A stretch of DNA of 64,000 nt from Octopus sinensis (GCF_006345805.1 NC_042999.1:113708001-113772000), one strand, 5' to 3'; counted from the first letter of the stretch, positions 1 through 13,639 are shown. Numbers and translations: made by a program. Notes: a model not told the origin generated them from the sequence alone.

Positions 1-953
1 GAGAGAGAGAGAGATAGTGACACACATACAAAGTCATTATATTTCTTCTGGATTATCTACTACTACTATTACTACCATTGCTGCAACAGTTTACCTTCCA
101 TTGTTTTCTATTTTCTATACATAAGGGCTGGATACCATTATTAAGATGGCAGGAAGCTTATAGAGGAAGATGTGAATACCACTTTTGTGAGAAGAACTGA
201 GAAAATGGAAATTGTACAGTGCATGTGTGCATGTGTAAGGAAATGCATGTACATGTGGATGAGCAAGATAGTGTTTATGTTTATAGTGGTCTAAAAACCA
301 ATGCTGTTTACGTTGTGTGTAGTAAGCTAGCAGTTATAACAAAGGGAGGTGGTAATAAGTACTGGGGTTGTTAAATATCTAAAAACAAGTCTCTAATTCA
401 ATGACTGAAAGCAGTAAAAAATTTTGTTTTTAAATATTGTGTGTGTGTGTGTTTTAGTGTCTTTTTGTCTTGGCATTGCATAACAGTCGGAAATGAGTGC
501 CACTGTCGTACAAGTGGTGTCCTTTGTTTCCAGTCTTCCATTGGAAACATGTCTGGTCAAGGAGAAATAATACATTACTTGGAAACAGTTATGGGTTGGT
601 AACAGGAAGGACGTTTAGCTGTACAGGGTCTCAGTGGGTACCATTTGGGCATGGGCAAGAAGAAAGAAAGGAAAGAAGGAAAAGAAAAAGAAAGAACGAA
701 AGGAAAAAGAGAAAGGAAGAAAAAGAAAGAAAAGGAAGAAAGTGAGAGAAGGAGTGAGGAGGAAGAAAAAAAGAGCTAGATCAAATAAGACAAGGTAGAA
801 TAAAGTGTTCAGCTCATTAATACCTACAGCAGTAGAATTTGTGATCCACAAGCAAGAAATCCATTAGCTTATCTCCTATGACCTTCCAGCTTTGGCAATA
901 CCAACTGTTTGTATATTTAGGACTATATTGTCCAAAGTTGTCTTCTTCTTTAA

Positions 954-1175
954 CCCTTTCATTACCGTATTTATTTTGAGATGCTCTGTGTTTCTTTCAA
1001 TTAATTTAAAATATAACAAAGCATTTAGTAAAATAACTTAGTTATCATTAAGCTAATGTTAGGAATATAAATTATTACTAAGGTTTGGTGGAAGATTTTA
1101 TTTCAAAACTTATGATAACAAGACATTTGTACTACAAAGTCAGAGGAGGTTTCAGCTTGGTTGGTATCGAAAGAG
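954..1175. mobile_element. piggyBac-like MITE (family 1)
   Basis: TTAA at 950-953 and 1176-1179; imperfect TIRs CCCTTTCATTACC / GGTATCGAAAGAG; non-coding AT-rich interior. Confidence 0.75.
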
Positions 1176-1480
1176 TTAAGATGGTGATTTTTTGGCGGAT
1201 TTGCTTACTGCTAGTAGGTGAAGTGACCAATGTTCTTTGTTGGCTTCTAAGTACCAATGGGTGATTAATTTCACTGACATCAGTGGGGTGGCAGTTGTGA
1301 TATTCATACCTTTCTCAATGGCATTATAACATCTTAAAGTCATGGCCAGGAATTTAATCATTATCATCAAAGACTTTCAAGAAGAGCTGACTACCTTTGC
1401 TTTGGAATCCAGTGTTTTGTTGTTGTTGTTTTTTTGTTCTCCACCCCGACACCAGGTTTTGAGTGAATTAACAAATTTAA

Positions 1481-1692
1481 CATTTTAGCATTTAAACAGA
1501 CCATATCCAGTCCAAATATTCCACCTATTTTCACACCTATCCTACAATGTAATTCTAAATATTAACAATCTTAGCAAAATTTTTAACAATCTTAGCAAAA
1601 TTTTTAAGTTACATGATAATGCATGATTGAAAAAATAAACAATGTGAATAAATGAGCATCACATTTGACAGAGCAAACTGAATGCTAAAGGG
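1481..1692. mobile_element. piggyBac-like MITE (family 2)
   Basis: TTAA at 1477-1480 and 1693-1696; ends CATTTTAGCATT / AATGCTAAAGGG; internal 22-bp tandem duplication; related copies at 20692 and 37729. Confidence 0.7.
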
Positions 1693-1699
1693 TTAAATG

Positions 1700-1930
1700 G
1701 ACATTTTAGACAGAAGATGATACTGAAGGTTCGGTATTTAGGTGAAAGGTTGGGAGCAAGACAGGGTGGTGGATTTGTGATACTGGAAGGGAAACGGTAT
1801 AAAGATGTAGTGAGAAGAATTAAAGTTAGTATAAGCATTATACTTATTAATAAAGAAAACAAAGTTCCTAAAGGCTTATTAGGGCTAACACTATAGAACA
1901 AGCTTTCTATAGTAGTTTGAATGAGTCAGA
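1700..1930 (+). mobile_element. Decayed RTE-clade LINE ORF2 fragment
   Basis: Translates ..RYLGERLGARQGGG..VVRRIKV.., resembling the RTE C-terminal FRYLG...GGG...RI segment; degraded. Confidence 0.45.
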
Positions 1931-3959
1931 TTTATACTGTGGCTTCAATTTCCATTCGAAATCCCTTCATTTTCTTATTTCTCTCTCTCTCTCTCTCTTA
2001 TAAGATATATATCTTGTGTTTTCTACAGTAACCAACATTTAGTTGACTACATATATTTTATAACCATAAATTTGGTTTTGGTAGCTTGGGACAAAAGAGA
2101 AGAGAAAATCATAATTTCAAGAATTGACAACTTATATAAAATATTGCAGAGGAAAAATTTCATATTAGCACTGGGCACAAGAGCAGAAGCAATGAGCTAC
2201 ATCTGTAAATTTTTTTTTAATTCTTATTTTCTATTTAAATATTTAGAAAAAACTTTAAATATAATACTATGATAAACTGACTTTTTTACTCCAATCAAAT
2301 CAACCACCTATGCTTATAGTATTCCCTTAGAGTAGGGTACTGCTGTTGTATGTAGTCACCTGTGTCTAACTAGTAACCAGAACTAAATTGTTCCACCCTG
2401 ACATTACATGTATCATTATCATCATTTTAATGTCCTCTTTTCCATGCTAGCATGGGTCAAATGGAACTTTGTGGAGTTTATATAGTAACTTTCCTTTGGC
2501 CAGGAACTCTTCCTGTCACCAACACACTGGTTTCCAAGTGAGGCAATTTTTCCTCATGACCAGTCATGTTTTCACAGAATACCGGAAACAAAGGACACTC
2601 CTTGCATGACGGTGACACTCACAACTACCACACATAAAGTTAAGGCAAGGGAACAGTCACTCACACTCACACACACACACACTCACACACAAAGAGGCTT
2701 CTTTCAGATTTTGTCTACCAAGTCTGTTCTCAAGGCTTTGGTCAGTTTGAGGCTATAATAGAAGACATATGCCCAAGGTACTGAAACCATGGGATTGGGA
2801 AGCAAATTTCTTACCACTCAGCCACACCTATGCCTATCACCACAATAAGACAGTGAAAACTGTTAGTAAAAGAAAAGGGGTGATAGAAAAAAGTTTGAGA
2901 AGCATTGTTGTAGTACTCCAGGTAGATATCAGTAGCTTTAGCTCTGAGAGAGGGGAAATGCAAGCACAGATTTCATGTATTATTTAATGTACCTTGGCAT
3001 CTGAGTGCTTGTTACATAAGAAAAAAACTGTTGATGCAAACAAAGAGCAAGGAGGTGACCTTAGACTGGACTGTATGCATGGAAACTAATATAGAGAAGG
3101 ATGTGGAGAGGGGAGTAAAAAAGACAGGAGAGAAAGAACTAATGAAAATATGTGAAACAAAATGAGGTGGGGGAGTCTCTTTGCTCTGCTTTCATTTCTC
3201 AAATTTTCCATTCAGATTAAAAGAAAAATCTTTTCTGTTAATTTCTTCAGCTGACATTAACTATGAAACAATAGAGTCTCATTGAGAATGATCAAGCAAA
3301 GCTTTATAGATGCAATAATTAACATTAATTAAGAAAGACTGTAAGGTTTAGGGTAATTAAATAAGAACAACTGGCCTTCATTTAGTTGAAGACACATTTA
3401 TTATATGGCACCAGGATTGAATGAAGTCTAATGGCCCTATTTCAATCAACTCTGCACAAGGCAACTAGAACTGTGAGAGATGAACACATACAAAAGAAAT
3501 GTAATCATCAACATTTAAACATAGAATCTATGACATAATATCTGAAACATGCTCGACGAAAAACAACCTGGAGGACAGTTCTCTGCTAGTCATGGGTATG
3601 TGACAATATATGATAATAAGTTTGCTTCCAAAACGTGCAGTTCCAAGTTCAGATCCACTCTATGGCAGCTTTGGCAAGTGTTTTCTTCTACAGCATTGGG
3701 CCAACCAAAGTCTTGTGAGTGGATTCGGTAGACAGAAACTGAAAGAAGTCCATTGTGTGCATGAGTGTATGCACGTGTGTGTACACACAAGTGTCTTTGT
3801 ACCCCACCACTGCATAACAACTGGTGTTGGTTTCTTTATGTATGCCTGATTTACTGGTTTGGTAAAAAGAGATTGATATAAGTACTAGGCTTAGAAACTA
3901 TAAGTACTGGGGTTGATTTGTTTGATTAAAGACCTTGATATTATGTAAATAGAGGAATT

Positions 3960-4488
3960 TATCTGTAAATGTAATATGTGACAATTATTCGGTAGCCATG
4001 ATAAAACTCCGAGTTTCGGATGCCGAAGTGGAAATCCACACCGCCATCTCTTCAGTTATCTGGCCATCAGAAAAAGAAAAAAATATATATATATATATTA
4101 CAGGCTTCTTTTTAGTTTCCATCTAGCAAATCCAGTTACAAGGCTTTGGTCAGCCCGTATATATGTATATACATATATATATATATATATTTATAAAAAA
4201 GAAGTTTGAAAACGCCACTATATAAGATAAATTTTAATTTTCTTAGAGATTTTACATGTTTCGGTTCTTCTTGAAAAAAACAAATCTTATCAAAATTATT
4301 TTTAAAAGTTAAGTATAATAAAAAAAGTTCATAATTGTTTCTTACTAGTCTCAACAGAGTTCACGTGGTGGTGTTTTGTGTGTGTGTGGAGGGAGCATAA
4401 TGGCTGTCTTGTGCGTTGACTTGATTTGTTAGCTACACTTAACTTTTCTTTTTTATAAATATATACCCACTCGTGTGCCACCTACACT

Positions 4489-4532
<44 letters not shown>

Positions 4533-4570
4533 CCTCTGAAGAGATTACGTTCAGAAATATGAATTAAATA
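3960..4570. mobile_element. Probable Penelope-like element remnant carrying hammerhead-like motifs, interrupted by a SINE piece and (TA)n
   Basis: Hammerhead-like core at 3980-4060 (-), GAAACATGTA palindromic-helix-III motif at 4253-4274 (-), and CTGAAGAG..GAAA at about 4535-4560 (+). No RT or GIY-YIG coding sequence seen. Confidence 0.45.
3980..4060 (-). ncRNA. Type-I hammerhead ribozyme-like sequence, probably degenerate
   Basis: Minus strand: GATAA CTGAAGA GATGGCG GT GTGG ATTT CCAC TT CGGCATC C GAAA C TCGG AGTTTTATCATGGCTA CCGA ATA A TTGTC. Core CUGANGA/GAAA plus three helices, with deviations next to the core. Confidence 0.55.
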
Positions 4571-4812
4571 TTCAGTTAATTTCACTGTGTATAATTGAAA
4601 CAGCTGTAAGGAATAAGGATTGATTTGTTGCTGATAATAAACTCCTCCAAAATCTCCAATTTCTTCTTATTTCTTTACATGAATTAAACTACAGTTTATA
4701 TACAAACCTATTATCTTAAGGAAATCAATTTCCCCAAAATATTAGGTATTGAGCCAGTATCACCTTGGATGACACCATCCCTTCATGAGGCTATCATAAG
4801 CTCTATCTGAAT

Positions 4813-4843
<31 letters not shown>

Positions 4844-7800
4844 TCTTTTACTTTTTTATCATTTTGACTGTGTCCATGCTGGAGCACCAACTTTTAGTCA
4901 AAGAAATCAATGCCAGTCATCAAATTTGATTTCGATTTCACTTGCCTCAACAGGTCTTCATTTCTCTTCAGCCTTCATATATCCTCCACATTCAGCACCA
5001 ATATTTCACAAATATAGTTTCACACTTTAGAGAGAAACCCTTTGTTATCAACAGAAGTAAGATTCCTTGCTGATTTGGACACTTAAGTAACAGAAGCCAG
5101 CAACTACTTCTAATGGACCTTATTTTGAGCAAATAAGAATTTATTTCATGGCTACTATTACTGCTAGTTGTGTCCATACAACTATTATATATAAAATCCT
5201 TCACTTCTGTCCCCTTGTAATAAACATCAATGAACTCTTTCATGAACCCATTGGTTAAACTGGATACACCCTAAAAAGTTGATTTCTGCTTTAAAATTGA
5301 GCATGGTCACCTCCTAGTAGTTATTAGTATTTTCTTTTCTTTTCTACAAGCTTAAACTGTTATCTCTATGCAGAAAATCAATATTACTCAGCAATCCATC
5401 TAGTTTCACCACAAAGATTGGTAATCCTTTTGAGAAACCTGGGAGTAGGAAGTTGGATAATGTCTCAATGTAAAGACAACTTTAACAGACTGTTACTTTA
5501 TTTTGGCTGTTTTTGTTTTTACTCTCACCTAGATCAATACAAAATGTATATTTTTTTTTTAAATCATTCAAAAGAGAAGGCTGAATGTCAGTTTCAATGT
5601 ATCAACTTTGAGAACACAAACTAAGTTGACTACTAAATTATGGCTTGGTTCAACGTTTGACTGAAGCTACTGAACAAAAAGGTTGACCAACAACATCCTA
5701 CTAATTATAAAACAATTTTAATGTCCTGTTATCCAATCTAGTGTGAGTCAGCATATGAAATTACAGTAATTCTCAAATACTGAATAAAATATATATTTCA
5801 CAAAAAAAAAACAGAAACATCAAAACTATAGAGAATAAAGAAGTTCCACTAAATGGTTTTGCTTAAATAGCTGCTTCCTCCTATCTTCTCCTGTGAGAAA
5901 AAAAAAAACATACATACAATCTCTTTACACTGTAGTTGTAGTATAAAGTCTAGTGAACAGTTAGATTGGTCTGAACAAAATAAGAGTAGTACCTATTAAA
6001 TTGTATACAACACAATCTTCAAAGTAAGGTCTGGAAGTCTGATTCTTAAGTCAATGGGTGCTTACCAGTCGCATGCTCTTAATTATTCTGTTTGGTATAT
6101 TATGGTGTTTGGACACCAGAAATAGTCATGATAAAAGAATGGTAGATGGGAAGCTTTTATAGTGATTAGTTAAGTATTTTTACTTTCATGAATTAGAAAT
6201 CCTCCTGAAGTCTTTATTTATTTGGGGTGGGGGTGGGGGGGGATTTAACTTTTATAGAGGAAGGAAGATAGATTTGCAGAACACCAGGCACAATTTTCAC
6301 AGTTTAGTTGTATCCCTTTATATTCTGGGTTCAAGTTCCACTAAGTTCTACTTTGCCACTCATCTTCGTAAGGATGATAAAATATGATCAATATGATCAA
6401 CTATTCCCTCATCTAAATTCTGTAGCCATCTACCTCAGAGATCAATAATTAGTCAGAGGGAGAGAAGGAGAAGCACCCATGGTCTTTGTTGGTTCTTCCA
6501 GATTGATAAAATTAATAAAATTTTGTTGGCAATCAACACAACTGGCCATAACCTCTACTCTATAAGACTGATCATGTACAAAGGCACAAGACCATACATT
6601 TATAGAGCAGCAGAAATAGTTAATCAAATTGACTTTAATATTATTAATATTTACTCAGATGGATCAAAAATAAAGTCAACTCTGCTATAATTTGAATTCA
6701 GAACATAAAGTGATGAAATTAAATACTGTAAGACATACATACAGTTAAATATTCTACTTCACCTTCCACCCTGCTCCACTCCACTACTGTTTTTGACCTT
6801 TTCCTCAATCAAGTAGAATCAATATTAAGAGAAGAACTATAGTGCAGGATAAGATATAAGCAGCTGACCACACTGAGTTGTTGAGTTTTAGTCAACTTAG
6901 TTCCTCCACTAATGCTCTTCAGAAAATGATGAAGGCCACATAACTCAATACCTTTTTCATCTAGCCTTGTGTAATAATGAGGGGGTGGCGGAAATCAATA
7001 TTACATTATGATTTTGTATTGAGATTTTTTTTTTTTTTTGGAAGCATCAATAGGAAATTTAAAAAAATAGCAAATATGTATGCCTTTATGGGTAAAATGG
7101 TTATTCACATATGGACGTTTATGGACAAATTAACAGTTAGAATTAGTTGAAATTGCTAGTGATGTAGTAATGAGAAAAGAACATAAGATACACAGGAAAT
7201 AAACAAATGGTACACAGCATAACTGGCTTATACTTTATCTATTGTCACCACTGAAGTAAGAAAAGAAAAATAAAGATATTAAACGAGCAATAGCTATCCC
7301 TGTAAAGATATATCCTTTATTTAGTCACTGTTGATAAAATTAGATTAGCTATAAAAGCTGTATGCATACATTTTCATTTATGTAAAAAGCTCCAAATATG
7401 TTATTCCACAGTTATAAAATGAAACATATGCTGTTAAGTGAAATTTTTTCATTTTACTTTTTATTATCATAAAATACATTTGTCTAGTATAACTTAATGC
7501 AAGTTTATCTTCCATGTAACATCTGATGCTGAGTATTAGATATTTCTATCACATTACAAGAGACTCCCTGGCTTCCAACAAAAGCAAATCTAGATAAACG
7601 AAAAACAAATTCCCTGACTATTGACAATTCAGAACAGCTTTGCTGTTGGAGTCCTTTGAGGGAAGTAGAATGAAGTTACACACAATTAAGTTCCACAAAT
7701 ATTGTAATCTGTTACACTTTACACCCATAAACAGGCACACAAGCAAAGAATAATAATAGGAGGCAGGTGTTGCTGTGTGGTTAAGAAGTTTGTTTCACAA

Positions 7801-7873
7801 ACTCATTGCTTCAAGTTCACTCGTACAGAACTGTCACCACTATCGCTTTGGGTTAACTATTACACTATGTGAG

Positions 7874-8208
7874 GGAGCATGACTCAGTGGTTAGAGCATC
7901 GGGCTGAAAATCATGTGGTAGTGAGTTTGATTCCCAGACCAGGTTATGTGTTGTGTTCTTGAGTAAGACACTTTATTTCACATTCATCCAGTCCACTCAG
8001 CTGTAGAAATGAATTGCAGTATCATTGGTGTCAAGCTGTATCAGCCTTTGCCTTTCCCTTGGCAAAATAGGTGGCATGGAGAGGGGGGGTAAGCATGGGC
8101 AACTGCTGGTCTTCCATAAACAATGTTACCTGGACTTGTGCCTCGGAGGGGAACTTTCTAGGTGCAATCCCATGGTCATTCATGACTGAAGGGGGTCTTT
8201 ATCCTTTT
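7874..8208 (+). mobile_element. tRNA-derived SINE, family C
   Basis: Head GCATGACTCAGTGGTTAGAGC (A-box-like) and GAGTTTGATTCCC (B-box-like); body homologous to the minus copies at 54199 and 58436. Confidence 0.85.
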
Positions 8209-9135
8209 AACTATTACACTGTGGAAGAAATTTAGTACACAAAAACTGGTGGCCCATTGAACAAAAGTATGTGTTTATATCAGTATAGTGAAAGAATTGG
8301 TACATTTGGACAAAAATGTTCTGTAGTATTTAAGTTAACAGAATTTCCTCCTTTAATACCAATGCCTATTTTGCATTTATTATCTTACAACAATGTAAGA
8401 AGCACCAGACAATAAGAACTCTTTCCAGCAAGAAAAGATACATTTTCCAGGCTGATGTTTTAACTAACAATGAAATAATATTTATGCACATTATCAACTT
8501 CTAAAGCCATACTATGAAAACAAAATGAAATGGAAAGAAAAAAAGACTTATAACAATAGCCCACACATAATCACATACGACAGTATATTTCAGGTTTCTA
8601 ATCTAGACAGAGGAACATGACATATGGAACAGAAGCTTTAGGGTTCTGTTGCTGCATAGTTATTCTGATATTACTCAATAACAACATGACTCTAGGTGCA
8701 GGCAGGATTGTGTGGTAGAGATGTTTGCTTCCCAATGAAGTGGTTCTGGGTTCAGTTCCACTGTGTGGTACTTCACATCAATGTCATCTACTATAGCCTT
8801 AGGATGACCAAAGTCTCATGGGTGGATTCGGTAAGCAGAAACTGAAAGAAGCTAGTTGTGTGTGTGTGAATGAGTGAAAGAGTTTGTGTTCCTTTGCTGC
8901 AACGGAGCATTAGTGGTAAATGAGTGTTACTTCCACATGCCTGGCCATAGGGTAATATTTCCTTACTTGGAAAGAGGTGAGAGTTGACAGGGAAAGCATC
9001 CTGCCATAGAAAATCTGTTTTGCCATATTCCATTTGACCCATGCAAGCATGGGAAAGTAACAATGATCTTGGCAACTATTAACAACACAAGCATTCAAAT
9101 CAGAAGAAAAGGAAATTATTACTCCATTGACTCAC

Positions 9136-9203
9136 CTCAATAACAACTCTTTCGGTAATTTTCGGTTAATCAATGCATCATCTTCACTGACAGACTGGGA
9201 GAC
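9136..9203 (-). CDS. FBXL20: Internal coding exon (68 nt, phase 0 to 2) of an F-box/LRR-repeat protein of the FBXL2/FBXL20 family; start of the F-box
   Basis: Minus strand reads tttctag|GTCTCCCAG...GAGTTGTTATTGAG|gtgagt and translates VSQSVSEDDALINRKLPKELLL(R). This closely matches the recalled FBXL2/FBXL20 N-terminus (..DE(G/A)(L/V)INKKLPKELLLR). Pyrimidine-rich acceptor and consensus donor. FBXL2 versus FBXL20 cannot be decided from one exon. Confidence 0.9.
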
Positions 9204-10185
9204 CTAGAAAACATAAAAAGAAAAAAGGAAGTTAAATCTTTAAACAGGAAGTGAGAAGTACCTAAATACTAAGCACAGTAAGTCATATACAATGGTTTCA
9301 AATATGAACAGTTTTAGTTTGGTTTTTGTTTTTCTTTCTTCTTTCATTGCAAAGGAAATTTCATGACCTATCAGCTAAATTCATTTTCAGTAAATATCAA
9401 TCTCTCTATTTGACAAATGTAGTCCTTGATAGACAAAAAAGACCGAAGGTCACAGCAAGATTACATTAGCTGAGTCACAAATGGTTTGAGGGTTAAACAA
9501 CTATACATTTTTCCAGGTAGCAGATCTTGAATTGGAAGGTAAAACAATAAAAGTTTGTCATCAGTCACAGCTTCAAACTAGCTGTGACCAAGCTAACTCA
9601 ATCCTGCTTTGACTTTTCAGCTATAGCCATTGGTGTTTTTTGTCTATCAAAGACTACATTTGTTAATACACACACACACAGTGAAGCAATAAGACAGACA
9701 GAGAGACAAACATAAACACTAATAAGGCACATACATACTCAACAGAGTACACCATAACCAGTCTTAGTGAGATGTTTTTCATCAAAAGTAAAAACAAAAA
9801 TTATGAATTACTGGAATCTATGTGACTGGCTAATACTTCAAGGCAGTGCCCTTGCATGGGCACAGTCCAATAGCTGAAGTCAACAGAAGTACATATCTAT
9901 AATAATAGCGAAAATTTGTCTGTCTATCTGGGACCCCTGTATCTCAGCCCACATTTGCCCTACATTATACTGTTTTGGAATCAGGATAAACCTGGGATTG
10001 AAAATCTGCCCGTCATTTGGTTCTTGAACATCCAGCATTGGAATCTGACTTAAAAGCATTTGGGTTGCTATTTCTAGCAGGTAAAGCTTGGCCGACTCAT
10101 GCCATTTTAGTGGCATTTTGTCAGATGACGTCAGAGATCAAGAGGGAGATAAATGACATCCTCTTTATTTAATTTTATGTCAAGA

Positions 10186-10545
10186 CTAGCAGTATCGCCC
10201 GGCGTTGCTCGGGTTTGTAAGGGAAATAACTATAAAGCATTTTTAGAGAGTTATAGCCAAAAAATGGGGAAAAAATGATGGTAAATTTTTTTTTTAGTTA
10301 AAAAGGTCGAGTTGCGTCTGTGGTTTGTGTTTGTGATTCTCGACCCCATGTCGAACTTATCGATTTTTTTCAGAACTGGGGGAACTTTTCAAAATTTTCG
10401 CTGCGTTAGTTTTGAATTATGACATTGGGCTATGTGTGTGTCAAGTTTCATCAGAATCGGTTGAAAGCCGTGGTCAGTGTGAGGGTACAACCTAACAGAC
10501 ACACAGAAACACACACAGACAAACTGCCGTTTATATATAGAGAGA
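10186..10545 (-). mobile_element. Non-autonomous Helitron (360 bp, both termini intact)
   Basis: Minus strand starts A|TCTCTCTATATATAAACGG and ends with GC hairpin CCCGAGCAACGCCGGG then CGATACTG CTAG|T. This is the 5'-TC...hairpin-CTAG-3' structure inserted at an AT dinucleotide. Confidence 0.85.
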
Positions 10546-12473
10546 TAAGAACTATGGGACAAATTGGCCAACAGTTGGAATTCAACTTGGGACTTGAACA
10601 ACAGAATGATTGCATTACAGAATTAATTCTCATCTGTTCTTAACCTCTGATCGAGTACCACCAGGGCATATAGTCATTATAAATGTATTATAGTGATGTT
10701 ATTTAGGTCTCTTTAGGTTTGGGCTACTGGCCCAATTAGCACTCTGCAGGAGCTGGCTTAAAAGTCTGCACAGAGTGTGGCTTTTAAGCTAGTATAAAAT
10801 ATTTTCTTATATGCAAGCACATCACTGTCAAAATACTGTCTTCAATGATAGTGTGTTGCTAGTAATTATGCTTGAATTTGATATGAATTTATACTAATTC
10901 TAAAATTTAAAACTGTTTAACATCTTCATGGAACAACTGAAATACAAATTCAAAACAGATGAATCCAATTTAGCTTCAGTACATACTCTCAATAATGGTC
11001 GAAAATAACGACAGTAGTTTAGAGTTGGCAATTAGGTTAAAAGGAAAATCAAATACCAGTGTGTAAAGCTAGTGCTGATAGGGAGATGTTAATCTTGTGG
11101 TGGACATTTTGTAAGTGCTGCTGGTCTACACTGTAAAGTGGTTGGCAATAGGAAGGGTATCGAATTATAAATCAATGTCAAAAAAGAATGAACTAATGGA
11201 GAAGATATTGACTCTATATATCTCATTGTAGGCAAATCAGCTGGAAGAACAGATATTCTGAATATAACCAGTAATGCAAGGTAGCAAGGGCTAATCGTTT
11301 TTTTTCTATATAACAGTGGTATAATAAAAAGCATTCAGTCAATGTCACAAAGTTGTTGGTGACAGGAAAGGCTTCTGGCTGCAATGATCATGCCAGACAC
11401 AATAAAGATGGCTGGATTTCTATTCTGTCAGACCAAAAGGTATTGCAATGAGAGAGAGAGAGAGAGAGAGAGAGATCAACCAATGTCAGCATGGAAAAAG
11501 GAGATACAAAATCATGGTGATGACACCATAATGCAAATTTATGTCATTTGATGTTACATTTATGTCATTTGATGCATTTAAATACTTAATCTAGTATCGA
11601 GTAGATTTGCCTCATGCAGTTTTTAAAGATTCAGCCCATTTCGGCATTGCACTAATGAGCAGTAATCACACAGATACAACAGTATAATGAGGGTTGTCTA
11701 TTTAATTTTTGAGATGTGTGTGTGTGTGTGTGTATACCTTGATTTTAAAATAATTTTTGCAATTAAAACTAAAAGAAAAATACAGAAAATCACTAAAACA
11801 AGTTCAAATATATATTTTGTATAAGAATTAACTTGTGTGATATTTTATTTGATTCCACCCCCACTCTTCTACATCACTTCATTAGCTAGACTCCAAAGAG
11901 ATATGTTGGTTACAAGTCTAAAATGCTTAATCAACTGCAGAAGATACTGAAGCAAATGTAAAAGAAAGTTTAATCACAAAGATTGTATAATGATCTATGG
12001 TAAGATAGTTTACTTGCTTCTTATAATTTAGTTGGGAAATACCAGTTGAGTGTCAAGTAGTTTGTATTAATAATGACTTCTTGCACTGACACAAGACCAC
12101 TAATTGACAGGAAAAATGATGTAAGCAGTTAAACTAGTACAAGATTAATATTTTGCATCTACCCAAGTCCTTACAAAAAAAAGTCTAAAAAAAATTAAAA
12201 GATAAAGAGAGCCCCTACTGAATTCAAAGGAGTGAAACTAAATACTGTTAAGTATTTAAATGTTAGCCCCATGGAACTACTCTGTCATTCCACTACTTTT
12301 ACAAAGCATCTAACTGAATTATCATTTCAACCAATGAGTTTCATCCTTAGTCACTAACCAATAATGATGCGAGTTTCAAATTGATTAATCTAACACCAAA
12401 TAGTCAATCAATTTCCCAGCCTAACAGGATTTGAAAATCTTCAGACACTGCCCTTCTTTCTTAGACGAGTATG

Positions 12474-12477
<4 letters not shown>

Positions 12478-12533
<56 letters not shown>
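12478..12533. repeat. (GT)n microsatellite, representative of many CA/GT, TA and GA tracts in the window
   Basis: Uninterrupted dinucleotide run; similar tracts at about 4490, 20100, 35250, 43650, 57650 and 62280. Confidence 0.95.
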
Positions 12534-12534
<1 letters not shown>

Positions 12535-13639
12535 ATGCATGCATGTTGCATACCTGGTTAAATAAATACACAAATATACGAGAATTTTTGAAGAATGGAT
12601 TTCAATTCACATTATTTTTAAAAGAACACTGAAAGCAAAATTGCAATTTGGTGAAATCATTTGAATTTTTCAAGTAATGAAAAGAATGAAGGCAATGCAA
12701 ATTTAATTTTAAAAAAGGTGAAGAATAATTGATACTCCAATTTTAAACGGTTTCTGCATCTCCATGTATGCTCTGACATGTATGTGTTACATCTGTCTGT
12801 GTATATCTATATGTATGTGCATGCACTTCTGTAGTTATCAATGTCTGAACAGATCTGAATGTGTATGTATGTGATGATGTCTGTGTGCATGTGATGTTTA
12901 CATTCGTTTGCATGTGCAGCAGTGTGATGATGTAAATGAAACAAAATATATATATATAAAAAAAAAAAAAAACTCAATTGATTTATAGTTTGGACCACTA
13001 ATACAATTTACTGGAGAAATTTAATTTCCTTCAAATAACCCAAGGTTAACAACCTGTAATAACAGGCTTCACTCTCAAGCTTTACCAACTCGAAGAAATC
13101 GTTCAAGAAAAAGCAGGATGGAGCCTTGTTAGCAAACAATAGAAACAAACAACCACAAAACCAGCATAAGAGAAAAACATGGAGGTATCATAAATTTAAA
13201 TAAGAATTACAACATAATGACATTCTAAATAATCAAATTCTTATATAGAAAAAGTAAAATATTAAAAATGCATCAATCTAAAATCAAAGTACGGTGGAAT
13301 TAAAACCTAGAGGTGTCTAATTCACTATGATTTTACATCAATGTTTTTCAGAGATTGCAATAAACATTGATTGCATATCTCATACTCTTACTATTCAAAT
13401 GTTGAATAAAAGCTAAATTCATTATCATTATTAACCTACATATCTTTTGCTTATAAGCAGATTTTGAAAAAACACACTACAGCACAAAGTAGATATTTCT
13501 AAGCTAATTTCTCATTTGCTTAAGTTCTCATAATTTAAACCATCTGTGACTGTGTTGAAGTATTAAAAAAATATTGATACTTTATTATCTACAAATTAAA
13601 CACTAATTTTTACTAATAAGACATGTGCCAATGCCAATG

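Noticed and set aside
6066-6087. Possible 22-nt phase 2-to-0 exon (R-IIKSMRL) with a gtaagc donor
   Set aside because: Weak acceptor, and it does not encode the expected IFSFLD..LCRCAQV F-box continuation, which was not found in 1-9135.
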